Source: an uncultured Nitrososphaerales archaeon (GTDB taxonomy: Archaea; Thermoproteota; Nitrososphaeria; Nitrososphaerales; Nitrososphaeraceae). From it: a stretch of DNA of 64,000 nucleotides. The DNA is taken from contig CAVQMO010000010.1 in the NCBI GenBank assembly GCA_963713605.1, positions 640,001-704,000 on the forward strand. The letters run 5' to 3'. This document shows positions 33,713 to 44,451 of the stretch, piece by piece. Numbering within the stretch: the stretch's first letter is position 1; each line of letters begins with the position of its first letter. A program made the position numbers and the translations under genes. The notes beneath the pieces are model-generated. The model saw only the letters and a program-made list of their open reading frames with translations. It was not told the origin of the DNA and searched no databases.

Positions 33713-34676
33713 ATGAGAATCGCTAGAGTAGCAAAAGAAAATTTAGAGTCCAAGGAATCAGCAATGGCCGAAGAGATGGATGATAATAGAGCTGAGTCCT
33801 AGAGTAACGGCTATGTTACCTGACCCCCATTCTGTTACTTACGCGATTGTCAACAGAAATGGAGATGCAATCATAGCAGACGAAATTGAGTCTCAAACTA
33901 ATATTCAAATTCCTCCTACTTTAGAAGAATTCATCTTTGAAGGATATTCAGATCGAGTAGGAAAGGTTCTTGACGGTTTGAACCTTACTCACAATATCTT
34001 CAGTTTTCGTTTGCTCCCGCCAATAACTAGATCATTTAAAGTAATTTGTTTGGCATTTAATTACCAAGACCAAGACACTTGGTTACGTTTCGGAAAGTTT
34101 CCTCCAAAGGACCCTGTGATATATATGAAGGCCCGAACCAGTTTGACTGGGGCATTCGAAGATATAATCTGTCCCTCGTTTGTAAAGCAGCTTGATTATG
34201 AAGGAGAGTTAGCTTTAGTGATTGATAAGAAGTGCAGAGACGTAGAAATGAATAAGGCATTAGAATATGTAGGCGGATATTTCGTATTAAATGACATTTC
34301 AGCTAGAGATGTACAATTCATTGATAAACAATATAGTCGAGCCAAAAGCTTTGATTCATTTGGCCCATGTGGGCCATGGATAGTCACTCGCGATGAGATT
34401 CCTGATCCAAATGATTTACAATTGACCACAAAAGTGAACGAAGAAGTTAGACAGTATTCTTCTACTTCTAAGCTCGTTCTAAAAATTGAGAAAATAGTAA
34501 ATAGTCTAAGTAGTGTAATGACGCTGGAAGCAGGAGATATAATATCAACAGGAACTCCTAGCGGAACGGCTTTATCGAAGTCGTCACACCTTAAATATTT
34601 ACAACATGGAGACATTGTAGAAGTTGAGGTTGAGGGTATAGGCAAAATAAGAAATAAGGTGAAATTTGTTAACTAA
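33713..34676 (+). CDS. Fumarylacetoacetate hydrolase family protein (probable indel near the 5' end)
   Basis: LDYEGELA, NDISARD, AKSFDSFGPCGP and GDIISTGTPSG; MRIARV start at 33713 is in another frame. Confidence 0.88.
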
Positions 34677-34784
34677 ATAACCTGTTGGGTTTGTGTGGGG
34701 TAACCCGAGATGAAAAATAAATCTTGGCCATTACCCTGAACTCAAGAACGGATCACCCTTTAGTAGCAGTAACAGCAGCCGATT

Positions 34785-35720
34785 CTATCTTTCTCCTCTC
34801 TTGTAGGGAGTTGCCAATGCAGCGGGAGCTACACTCTTCTTGTACATAACTGCCAGGATGGCGATTGGGAGTAAGTAAGGTAGCATGAGCAAAAACTGAA
34901 ATGGAATAGTCGTTCCTATTGACTGCAGCCCCAATGCAATAGCATTGACCATTCCGTAAACGAAAGCACCTAATACTATCCAAAAAGGTCTCCATCTGCC
35001 GAAGATTACAGCTGCAAGGGCAATCCATCCTTGTCCAGCGGCAATGCCTTCAGAAAAGGACCCAGTAGTTACCAAGGCGATATAGGCGCCTCCCAAACCT
35101 GCAAACGCCCCCCCGATGATTACCGACATGTAGCGAATCCTGTTTACGTTTACACCCAGCGTATCGGCCTGCTTTGGGTTCTCTCCCACCGTTCTTATCT
35201 TTAGACCAATGTTTGTCTTGAAGAGAAAAATATGAGTCAAAGGAATTAGCAAAAATGCAAGATAGATCATTGCGTCATGATGAAAAATGATAGGTCCCAA
35301 AACTGGAATCGAAGTCAAAAATGGGATGTCCACAAGAGGAATAGTAGGTACTGTGGGTGCCACCGTGACTACGCCAAAAGTCAATCGGTATAGCAGTGCA
35401 GCTAGGCCGACCCCTAAAAGCCAGATGGCTAAACCAGCAACCAACTGGTTTGTGCGTAAGCTTACACTTAGAAAAGCCATAAGAGCTGCCATGACCATCG
35501 GCCCAGAAACAGCAAATAATATTCCAATGATTATATTCCCTGTGACGAACGTTCCAATAAAGCCGGCAAATGCTCCGATTAACATCATTCCTTCAACCCC
35601 TAGATTGAGAACACCTGAACGTTCAGCTATATTTTCACCTAGCGCAGCAAAGAGCGAGGGTGTACTCATACGAATACCTGACGCAACTATTCCGATAATA
35701 AAATCAATCATTTCTACCAA
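34785..35720 (-). CDS. ABC transporter permease (nucleoside/purine type)
   Basis: AALGENIAERSGVLNLGVEGMM and GQGWIALAAVIFGRW. Confidence 0.92.
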   Translation of the reverse strand: MVEMIDFIIGIVASGIRMSTPSLFAALGENIAERSGVLNLGVEGMMLIGAFAGFIGTFVTGNIIIGILFAVSGPMVMAALMAFLSVSLRTNQLVAGLAIWLLGVGLAALLYRLTFGVVTVAPTVPTIPLVDIPFLTSIPVLGPIIFHHDAMIYLAFLLIPLTHIFLFKTNIGLKIRTVGENPKQADTLGVNVNRIRYMSVIIGGAFAGLGGAYIALVTTGSFSEGIAAGQGWIALAAVIFGRWRPFWIVLGAFVYGMVNAIALGLQSIGTTIPFQFLLMLPYLLPIAILAVMYKKSVAPAALATPYKRGER

Positions 35721-35729
35721 TTTGTCAAT

Positions 35730-36848
35730 TCACTCCATATTCCCCCTCTCCGCAGGCGCACCAATCTGCTTCCCATGGTTCTCTAATTTGTCTTCAACGA
35801 CTCTCTTGATTCTTTTTGGAAGGTGAATTCGGGTAAATACTTCTCCGATTAGAACGAAAACCAAAACGAGTGCCTGCAATGTTTGAGCAAAAGCAACTGG
35901 TATGCCTAGCGTTCTATACATAGATTCAGATCCTGCGAGCAAGACCGCAAAGAAGAAAGCGACAAGACAAACTCCCAAGGCATTTTCTCTCCCCAAAAGT
36001 GCAATGATCACAGCGATAAATCCATAACCAGGAGAGATACCCTCGATGAGTCGATGTTGGACGCCGGCTAGAAGCACTGCTCCAGTTAGTCCCGCCAGCC
36101 CTCCACTTATAGCCATGGTTATCAGGATACTTTTCGTTATGTTCATACCTGCATAACGTGCGGCTGAAATGTTCATGCCCACACTTTTCAATTCAAATCC
36201 AATCTTACTTTTCCATAGAAAATGGACAAAAATGGCGGCCAGAGCCGCTATGATTAGTCCTGCATGCAATCTAGTATGCTCTACCAAAATAGGCAGTTCA
36301 GACTCCGGAAAGATATCGGGACTGTAGGGCAAAAACCCTGGCGCTTTGATCGGCCCATGTAGAAGGTAAGAAATAAAGAGAAGTGCTACGAAATTGAGAA
36401 GAACGGTTACAATTATTTCACTTACACCCAATTTGACTTTGAGTACTGCTGGCACAAGACTGAACATTGCTCCAAATGCAATGCCCGCAATGAGGACGAT
36501 AATAACCGACACTACAGGAATCATACCCACCACAGCAATCCCAACCAGCAACCCTCCCAGAGCTCCCATGTAGAGTTGACCTTCAGCGCCGATATTCCAT
36601 AATTTGCACTTAAATGCGACAGCTACCGCAAGACCTGTAATGAGCAGCGATATAGTCTTTACAAGTGTATCTGCAATTGCACGCGTAGATCCAAGTGATC
36701 CCTTAATCAGTAAAGCATAGGCTTCCAGGGGATCCACACCTGCCGCATAAAGTATGATTCCTCCGACCAAAAAAGCCAGCCCCCCTGACAGGAACGGGAC
36801 GATGTGTTTAAAACTGAGTCTCTTTCCGAGTATGAGAGTTGTGGTCAA
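35730..36848 (-). CDS. ABC transporter permease (nucleoside/purine type)
   Basis: WNIGAEGQLYMGA, AARYAG and GYGFIAVIIALLG. Confidence 0.92.
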   Translation of the reverse strand: MTTTLILGKRLSFKHIVPFLSGGLAFLVGGIILYAAGVDPLEAYALLIKGSLGSTRAIADTLVKTISLLITGLAVAVAFKCKLWNIGAEGQLYMGALGGLLVGIAVVGMIPVVSVIIVLIAGIAFGAMFSLVPAVLKVKLGVSEIIVTVLLNFVALLFISYLLHGPIKAPGFLPYSPDIFPESELPILVEHTRLHAGLIIAALAAIFVHFLWKSKIGFELKSVGMNISAARYAGMNITKSILITMAISGGLAGLTGAVLLAGVQHRLIEGISPGYGFIAVIIALLGRENALGVCLVAFFFAVLLAGSESMYRTLGIPVAFAQTLQALVLVFVLIGEVFTRIHLPKRIKRVVEDKLENHGKQIGAPAERGNME

Positions 36849-36896
36849 TTTTGCAGATCACAATCTCCTATATTTCCATAATCTTTAGGCATCATT

Positions 36897-38582
36897 TCAA
36901 GTACCAGCCTCCACTACATAGCCCCCCATTAACGGGCCTATTATATCGACGTCTGCTGTTGTCCTGTCAAATACCCCCATTATCCTACCGGCATATATCA
37001 CTGCTATCCTATCGCTGAGTAGTAGAATTTCATCTAAATCTAAGGACAACAGTAAAATTCCTACTCCAGAATCTCTTTGTTTAAAAAGTTGTTTGTGAAC
37101 ATATTCGGCAGCACCCACATCCAATCCTCGTGTAGGGTTATGAGCAATAAGCAGTTTATGTTCCTTTGACAATTCTCTTCCAAGTACGATTTTTTGTAAG
37201 TTACCACCCGATAAATAGCGCACTTGAATATCTAGACTTGGAGTTCTCACATCAAATTTTGTGACGATCTCTTCTGCAAATCTTTTCATTTCGTGTTTAT
37301 TTAAGAATATCTTGCCAGAGTACGGTCTGCTATACCACCGGTCCAAAATTAGGTTTTCAGCGATACTGTACTCTAGAATAAGACCAGTGTTGAGCCGATC
37401 TTCAGGTATGTAAGCGAGACCCCATTCTCTGATCTGCCTCGGTGACATTCCTTTTATGTCGCGTCCGTCAATGACTACCTGTCCACTCTGAATCTTCCTC
37501 AATCCCGAAATAATCTCTGCCAATTCGCTCTGACCATTGCCATCGACGCCTGCAATTCCCAATATCTCACCTTTTGGTACTGTTAATGACAGGTCCTTAA
37601 GCGCTTGAACCCCAGAGTTGTTCAAAGCAAACACATTTTTAAGTTCCAGCACCGTGGCAGGTTCAGCTGCGGGTTTTGCTTTAGACGATTTCTGAATTCC
37701 CACATGGATCTCTTCATGCCGCTGGCCTACACTTTGAGTGAGTGACCTTCCTATCATCAATTTTGCAAGTTCTGTCTCGGTTGTCTGTTCAGTAAATACC
37801 GTACCAACAACTTTTCCACCTCTAAGAACCGTTACACGTGTGCTTGCTTCCATGACTTCATTTAGCTTGTGCGTGATGAATATTATCGAAAGTCCGGCCT
37901 TTACCATAGCAGATAACGTCGAAAACAATGCCTTTTCTTCAACGGGGGTAAGCATCGAAGTAGGCTCATCGAGGATTAGAATATCAATATCCCTGTAGAG
38001 TGCTTTTATTATTTCTACCCGTTGTTGCTCGCCTACAGACAGGTCACCCACGATAGCTTTTGGGTCAATCTTAAGACCGTATTTCCTAGATAATTCCAAG
38101 ATCTTTCTTTCTGCTTCCGCCGTATTCAAGAAAATAGATCTTCCAGGTGACTTTAGCCCGACAATAATGTTCTCTGTAACTGTATGACTAGGTGTCAATA
38201 AGAAATGCTGATGAACCATAGCTATCCCAAGGCCTATGGCATGAAGAGGAGATTTTATGTCAACCTTTTTTCCCTTCACAAAAATTTCTCCCGCTTCTGG
38301 TTTGTAGAGTCCATACAGTACACTCATCAAAGTTGTCTTTCCAGCACCGTTTTCTCCAAGAAGACCATGAATTTCGCCTCTAAAAAGATCGAAGTCCACA
38401 TCGTTATTTGCTATAACCTCATTAAATCTGCACGTTATGCCGTTCATAGAAAGTATTGGTTGGTCATCTTGCGTTCTGGCCGGCGCTGATTGTGAGGGTT
38501 TCGGATTCGGAAGGGGGGAAGGAGCGAAAGCAGAGTGGTCAACATTTGAGTTTGTAAGAGGAGGAGAACCGGCATCAGACAT
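36897..38582 (-). CDS. ABC transporter ATP-binding protein with two NBDs
   Basis: GENGAGKTT, LSVGEQQRVEI, ILDEPT and LSGGNLQK. Confidence 0.95.
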   Translation of the reverse strand: MSDAGSPPLTNSNVDHSAFAPSPLPNPKPSQSAPARTQDDQPILSMNGITCRFNEVIANNDVDFDLFRGEIHGLLGENGAGKTTLMSVLYGLYKPEAGEIFVKGKKVDIKSPLHAIGLGIAMVHQHFLLTPSHTVTENIIVGLKSPGRSIFLNTAEAERKILELSRKYGLKIDPKAIVGDLSVGEQQRVEIIKALYRDIDILILDEPTSMLTPVEEKALFSTLSAMVKAGLSIIFITHKLNEVMEASTRVTVLRGGKVVGTVFTEQTTETELAKLMIGRSLTQSVGQRHEEIHVGIQKSSKAKPAAEPATVLELKNVFALNNSGVQALKDLSLTVPKGEILGIAGVDGNGQSELAEIISGLRKIQSGQVVIDGRDIKGMSPRQIREWGLAYIPEDRLNTGLILEYSIAENLILDRWYSRPYSGKIFLNKHEMKRFAEEIVTKFDVRTPSLDIQVRYLSGGNLQKIVLGRELSKEHKLLIAHNPTRGLDVGAAEYVHKQLFKQRDSGVGILLLSLDLDEILLLSDRIAVIYAGRIMGVFDRTTADVDIIGPLMGGYVVEAGT

Positions 38583-38762
38583 ATTTAGCTAAATACCCCC
38601 TATTGCACTTGTATTGGAGGGTACAATGAAACAAAAAATAATCTTCCCAGTATTGACATCTTTCCTACTTTTTATCTCATGGCTGGAGAATTGACAATGA
38701 AGATAATCTACAAGGTTGTCATTTCCAATAATTCTAATTTGATCCTTTTTATGGAACAAAAA

Positions 38763-39822
38763 TTAGGACGACGCTTCTGTCCGCTCCGGAACTACGATCT
38801 TGCCACTTATTATATCTTGGACTATTTGGTTAAGCTTCTGTTTCACATCAGCGGGAACCTTGCTATCGAGATTATGGAATGGTGCAATGAATACGATACC
38901 ATCTCCGGAGGCGCCTTTTGCAGTCTCTAATCCCGGCTTATAAAGCTGACCACTAAAGTTACCATTCTGGACCATTTTTATTGCTCCGTCGAAGGCCTTT
39001 TCCATATCAAGTAACGAAAGAGGTCAGCACTGTATCCGGCGCAAGATTATGTTGATCTGCAACTACTCCTAGAGCATAAATGCCCTTTTCTTTTGCTGCT
39101 TGAATCACTCCCTGTCCTGACAGGTCGGCAACGTGAAACAGGAAATCAGCACCATTATTTATTAACGAGACTCCGGCTTCCTTTCCTCGAGCAGGATCAG
39201 TGAAAGTATCGATATATTGTCCTATTACCTTGATGTCAGGATTGATGGACCTAGCTCCCTGTTTATATCCCTCAAATATATTTATTATGTTAGGATATGC
39301 CTGACCACCTACAAAGCCAATTGTGCCTGTCTTTGACATCATTGCCGCCAATGCTCCAAGGACATATGATCCCTCTTGCTGCATTGGAAAGACAGATGCT
39401 ACATTACTACCGTTGGTTAGGCCTGTAAAGACTACAAACTTTGTATCAGGATAGTCGGCACCAACTCTCAGAGCTGGATCACCCCACTCAAACCCATGAG
39501 CGATAATAAGATTATTTCCTTGATCTGCAAAATCTCTCAAGGTTGGCTCTATATCAGGAATCGCAACATTCTCGACAGTGGTCAACTCCAAACCGTATTT
39601 TTCCTTTAAGGCCTGCGAAGCGTTATATGCTGTGGCACCCCATCCGCCATCGCTGAATAATGCATCAGTTAAAAGTGCCACCTTCAATGGTGTTCCTTCC
39701 TCTTGTGCCCAGACTCGTTCCAACGTCGGGTATGAAAAAGTAGACCCAGTGATCAAGACTACAGCAACCATAATTCCGGCTATAGCGCCCGTTAGTTTCC
39801 TTACATTAGATCTTTTGGACAT
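38763..39822 (-). CDS. BMP/PnrA-family ABC substrate-binding protein (indel near 39005)
   Basis: IIAHGFEW, GALAAMMSKTGTIGFVGG, GVIQAAKE and DQ...APDTVLTS; C-terminal IISGKIVVP in ORF 38763..39005. Confidence 0.9.
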
Positions 39823-39881
39823 ACTCCAACATTCATAGCGATTGCAGATCGTAATATAGTTTGTCTGATTTAAGCTAAAGA

Positions 39882-39899
39882 TTTATGATATATCATAAA
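39882..39899. promoter_or_regulatory. Perfect 18-bp palindrome, candidate operator
   Basis: TTTATGATATATCATAAA; a second TTATGA-N4-TCATAA site is at 40088..40103. Confidence 0.5.
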
Positions 39900-40208
39900 A
39901 AAGAAGGTTTACATTGAACTAGTGCCAGATCGAATGTCCGTGTTTTTTATGCTTTGGCACACAGTTTAGATATGTAAAATCTAATCTTTCTAAATACCTA
40001 TCTGACGAAGGCAAACTGAACCTCGCCTTCTAGGAAACCACCTTTCAATTATTACAATCTCGATCGCTGTAAATGAAAATCTACCGCTTATGATTATTCA
40101 TAACATCTACAATATTATATAATCAAATGATGACTGTATTTATGCGCATTTTTAGCTGAAAGCGCAACTATGCTTAAATACTATAGCTTTGAACGCTGAA
40201 CTACGAAA

Positions 40209-41933
40209 GTGAGCAAGTCCATACCTTCGGTGGATACTCATCAAAATGTTCTAGTTAAGCACAACTATTATAGAGATTCACTTGAACTTCTTAGATTGTC
40301 CGATGAGATTAAGCGATATCCTGGAATAATCGAAGCCTCTCTAGTAATGGGTACTAAAACTAACAAAGAAATCTTGATTAAATTAGGCTTCCCCACCCAA
40401 CATATTGCGAAGGCAGAAAGCTCAGATATGATAATTGCTTTGAGAGCTAAGGATGCCGCCTTGTTACTTGCAACAATCCCAAAAATCGAAGCCATTCTAC
40501 GTGGGACTGGCGGGGAGCAAATCCTAGAAATGGACCATTCCTCGACTAATGAGAGCCGTGATCTTGAGTCGGTGCTTAGATCTGTTAAGGACATTAATAT
40601 TGCATTAATTTCTGTTCCTGGCGAACATGTTAGAAGCTTGGCATTCAAATTGATCGATGAAGGAATTCACCAACAGATTTTCAGCGATCATGTGAGCATA
40701 GATGATGAGCTTGAGATAAAAAGACATGCACTGAAGAATCGTGTATTGATCTTGGGACCAGGTGCTGGGACGTCAATTATCAGCGGAAAAGGAATTGGGT
40801 TTTCAAATGCTGTTGCCACGGGCCCTGTCGGGATTGTAGCAGCAGCGGGTACAGGATTACAAGAGGTTTCCACATTACTAGATCGTTGTGGAATAGGTGT
40901 TAGGCATGGGTTGGGAGTTGGAGGAAACGATCCTAAAGAAAAGATCGGTGGTTTGATGATGTCAGAAGCGTTAAAGATGCTGGATGAATGTGAAGATATT
41001 GATGTGATAAATATTGTGTCAAAGCCTCCGGCAACAAGTGTCCAGCAGAGAATACTTAATCATGCAATTAAGCATGGAAAGAAAAAGTACGTGATGACCT
41101 TTATCGGGCAGCAGCGCATCTATCGAAAATACTAAAGTGAAAAAAATGAGCAGCAGCACCAAGAGGCGTACCAGACAATCAAACAAAATCATTATCGCCA
41201 ACACTCTTACCTCATCGGTCTTTGCAACAGCAAAACTTATCGCTAGCGTGAACAAGTCTGAATCGTCAATGGATCCTATTCATGTCAAGATTGAGGATCT
41301 CAAACGAATTGTAATGGCAGAACGGAAGCGCCTTAGCAATGAACAAAAGTACCTAAGGGCATTGTACACCGGTGGCACTTTTGCATATGAAACACAGGTT
41401 ATTCTTAATGGCCTCGCTATAAGGCCACTCTATTCTAACGCTCCCCTATCCAAGACGCAACTTCTACAAGACGCAATGAAAAGTTTCAAGAATTCAGTTA
41501 TCGATCTTGGTGAGGAAGAGTTTACTAAAGGCAGGGCACATCCAATGATAGACCCCACAATAAGAAAACTCAGAATAAGTGAAGAAGCATCGTATGACGA
41601 CGTTGCGGTAATAGTCCTCGATTTTGTACTTGGTTATGGATCAAATCCTGATCCAGTTGGCTCGGCTATTGATGAAATTAGAAATGCAAAGCTGCCTGGC
41701 CGCGAAAGCCAAGAGACACCTTAGCGTTGTAGCTCATGTCTGTGGGACGCGAAGAGACCCTCAAGGTTATGACCGATCTCTGACAAGATTGAAGGATGCA
41801 GGTGTTCTGGTTCTTCCTACCAATTCCTTCGTTGCAATAGCTGGCTGCAGGTATAGTGGCCAAAGGGCCTATCGACTTCCGAGAGGCATATTCACGGTTT
41901 ATTGGAGAAACCCATCAAGGTGAATTGACATAA
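40209..41933 (+). CDS. fdrA: FdrA / AllF-like acyl-CoA synthetase-fold protein (several indels)
   Basis: YYRDSLELL, MGTKTNKE, ALISVPG, FSDHVS, GPGAGT, GTGLQEV, LYTGGTFAYE, DLGEEEFTKGRAHPMIDP and DFVLGYGS. Confidence 0.88.
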
Positions 41934-42106
41934 TGTCCAACACACAAAAGAAATTATTAGATTCAGATTTAACAGTAATTAATATAGGTGTGAATATCTT
42001 TTATGATGCACTAAAGGTTCAAAATGTTAAAGTCATTCAAGTAGATTGGAAACCAGGTCCTGTGCTTGATAAGCTTAGTGAAGAGATTCTATCAAAAATC
42101 ATGTAA
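41933..42106 (+). CDS. Small FdrA-associated protein (57 aa), missed by the ORF track
   Basis: MSNTQKKLLDSDLTVINIGVNIFYDALKVQNVKVIQVDWKPGP...; the VINIG...F...L..Q...V..VDW.P motif matches the FdrA C-terminal segment; TAATG coupling. Confidence 0.8.
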   Translation: MSNTQKKLLDSDLTVINIGVNIFYDALKVQNVKVIQVDWKPGPVLDKLSEEILSKIM

Positions 42107-42206
42107 TCTTATTCGAAGGCAAGAATGAATGACAAAACGTTAAGTGCTATACAATTTGATGTAAAGGAAGAGACTGACATGGCAATCAAATACATCGAGT
42201 GGAGAT

Positions 42207-43160
42207 ATGTCCACAACAGTGGTAAGCGATGACATGGTAGCCTTCAAGTGCGAGTGCATAGGAGTGTTGTACAAGGATATGCGCAAGTTTACAGCCAAGA
42301 AGTATCTAGTTGGTAAGGTCATAAGCTCGTTTCCCTCTAGTCTCAACATCAAGACTTCAAGAAACGAACTGTTGGTCATAAGTCTAAACAAGATACACTC
42401 TGCTATCACAGTAAATCTGAAGCCTCAATTTAGCAACTCCAATTTCGCGGGACTTATCGATTATGGAGATGATGTAGTCAAATTCCTGAATTCGGTCTCC
42501 ATTGGCGAAAGAATGGAATTGCTTACGGCGAAGAGTATTATCTTTAAAAACTGTTTTGTGGGGCCCACATCTGCTGGATTGTACAAAATTAGCGACGCTG
42601 CAGAAAGAATTTTGAGTTCCCTCATGGAATTAAGGAGGAATGGATGTCTGCTGGAACCGGAGATCACAAATCAAGGCCTTTTTCATCAATTCGTTGCCGA
42701 AACTTCAGAGAATAACATTAGGAACAAGGATAACACTAGATTTGTTAGGACGTTATCCCATTCATTGATGAAAATGTGCGGAAGGGGCCCCGGATTCACA
42801 CCGTCTGGAGATGATTTCATCTGCGGTTTTAGTTCCTTGTTTAATTGGCTATCGCAAAGTCTAAAATGTCCTCCTATATCGCTGCCAATGAAGAGAGTCA
42901 GCGATTTGACCACTTGGAACAGCTTCAAATTCATTGAATATTATCAGAAATTGATCGTTGATGAACAAATCCAAGGTTTGATCAATTCGATTGGGGAAGG
43001 GCGTATTGACCGGTTCATATCATTGTTATCTACGCTAAGCTGCAGAGGACACACATCCGGCATAGATATCAGTACAGGCCTATCTACAGCTTTGTTCACT
43101 TTTTGCGATCGGTTCCTTGGGACAGATCTCTTACCCAAAGTTCAAAGCTTTTCGGAGTAG
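42207..43160 (+). CDS. DUF2877 (YlbF/AllH/YahE-like) protein
   Basis: GRGPGFTPSGDDFICG and GHTSGID motifs. Confidence 0.85.
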   Translation: MSTTVVSDDMVAFKCECIGVLYKDMRKFTAKKYLVGKVISSFPSSLNIKTSRNELLVISLNKIHSAITVNLKPQFSNSNFAGLIDYGDDVVKFLNSVSIGERMELLTAKSIIFKNCFVGPTSAGLYKISDAAERILSSLMELRRNGCLLEPEITNQGLFHQFVAETSENNIRNKDNTRFVRTLSHSLMKMCGRGPGFTPSGDDFICGFSSLFNWLSQSLKCPPISLPMKRVSDLTTWNSFKFIEYYQKLIVDEQIQGLINSIGEGRIDRFISLLSTLSCRGHTSGIDISTGLSTALFTFCDRFLGTDLLPKVQSFSE

Positions 43161-43452
43161 AGAAATCGACAACAAGACCAATATCTGTAACGATGTCAAA
43201 AAGAGCGTGAGAGAATCGAAAATTTATCTTCATTCGAGAATGAAGTGAGTAAGGTGTCAATGTTTAGGAATTTGCTTTATCATCCACTGAAATCGAATCA
43301 GAGATATTAGATCGAATTCAAGAAGTGGTTGCAAGTTACATATCTTATTTTAGATAATTTATATATCAATGTATGCTAGTTTTATGATAAATGCATATTC
43401 TTAGATGTTCTGGGCATTAAATTTAAATAAGATATTCCTAGTTTAGTAACTC

Positions 43453-44427
43453 TTGAGTAATTCAAGATCAGATCTAATCGTTTTTGCTATTGGTGGGAAT
43501 GCTCTTGTGAGATCTGGTGAGAGAGGAACATTTGAAGAACAGTATCAAAACGTACAGATTGCTGTGAAGCAGATCGTTGAATTTATGAAGAGAGATAAAT
43601 GCAGAAACAGAATAGTTCTGACTCATGGTAACGGACCACAGGTGGGAGCAACCCTTGTAAGGCATAGTTTAGCTGACGAATACTGCCCTGCACTGCCATT
43701 ATACGTATGTACCGCAGAAACGCAGGGGTTTATAGGCTATATTATTGAACAAGCATTGCAAGATGAGCTAGACTGTTCAAAAATAAATAAAAATGTTACG
43801 ACCCTCCTTACTAGAGTAGTTGTTGATTCAAATGATAATGCATTTCTCAACCCAACTAAGCCTATCGGAGAAACATTTAGCGACGAAATGACCGAAGTCC
43901 TCTTGAAAAATGGAATAGTACATCTTGAAAAACGAAAGGTAGGCTCTGACGGCACAAAGTTCAAACTCGTAGTTCCATCACCAAAGCCTATCACCATTGT
44001 AAATTATGAAGCAATTCGTTCTCTAGTAGATGCTGGATTTATTGTCGTCGCATGCGGGGGCGGAGGAATTCCAGTGATGAAGGAGAATCGGAATACCTTA
44101 GGAGTCGATGCTGTGATAGACAAAGACCTTGCCAGTGAAAGACTAGCAACTTCAATAGGTGCCTCAACTTTGGTGTTACTAACCAACGTGGATGGAATAT
44201 ATAGGAACTATGGAAAGAAGAATCAAGAGCTTATAGGTACGGTCAGTATAGGAATGAATCTCGAACAGGAATTAGGGTCGCAGGACCTAGAAAGTGGTAG
44301 CATTGGTCCCAAAGTGCAAGCGGCCATCTCATTTATAAGAAACGGAGGAAAGGAGGCAATAGTCTGCTCTCTTCAACACCTTTCTGATGCATTAGCCGGT
44401 ATATCTGGGACACATTTCTTTAGATGA
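43453..44427 (+). CDS. arcC: Carbamate kinase
   Basis: AIGGNAL, THGNGPQVG, AETQGFIGY, NPTKPIG, VVPSPKP, GGGGIPV, AVIDKD and GSIGPKV. Confidence 0.95.
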   Translation: MSNSRSDLIVFAIGGNALVRSGERGTFEEQYQNVQIAVKQIVEFMKRDKCRNRIVLTHGNGPQVGATLVRHSLADEYCPALPLYVCTAETQGFIGYIIEQALQDELDCSKINKNVTTLLTRVVVDSNDNAFLNPTKPIGETFSDEMTEVLLKNGIVHLEKRKVGSDGTKFKLVVPSPKPITIVNYEAIRSLVDAGFIVVACGGGGIPVMKENRNTLGVDAVIDKDLASERLATSIGASTLVLLTNVDGIYRNYGKKNQELIGTVSIGMNLEQELGSQDLESGSIGPKVQAAISFIRNGGKEAIVCSLQHLSDALAGISGTHFFR

Positions 44428-44451
44428 CCTTTACTAGAGGGAATATTCACA

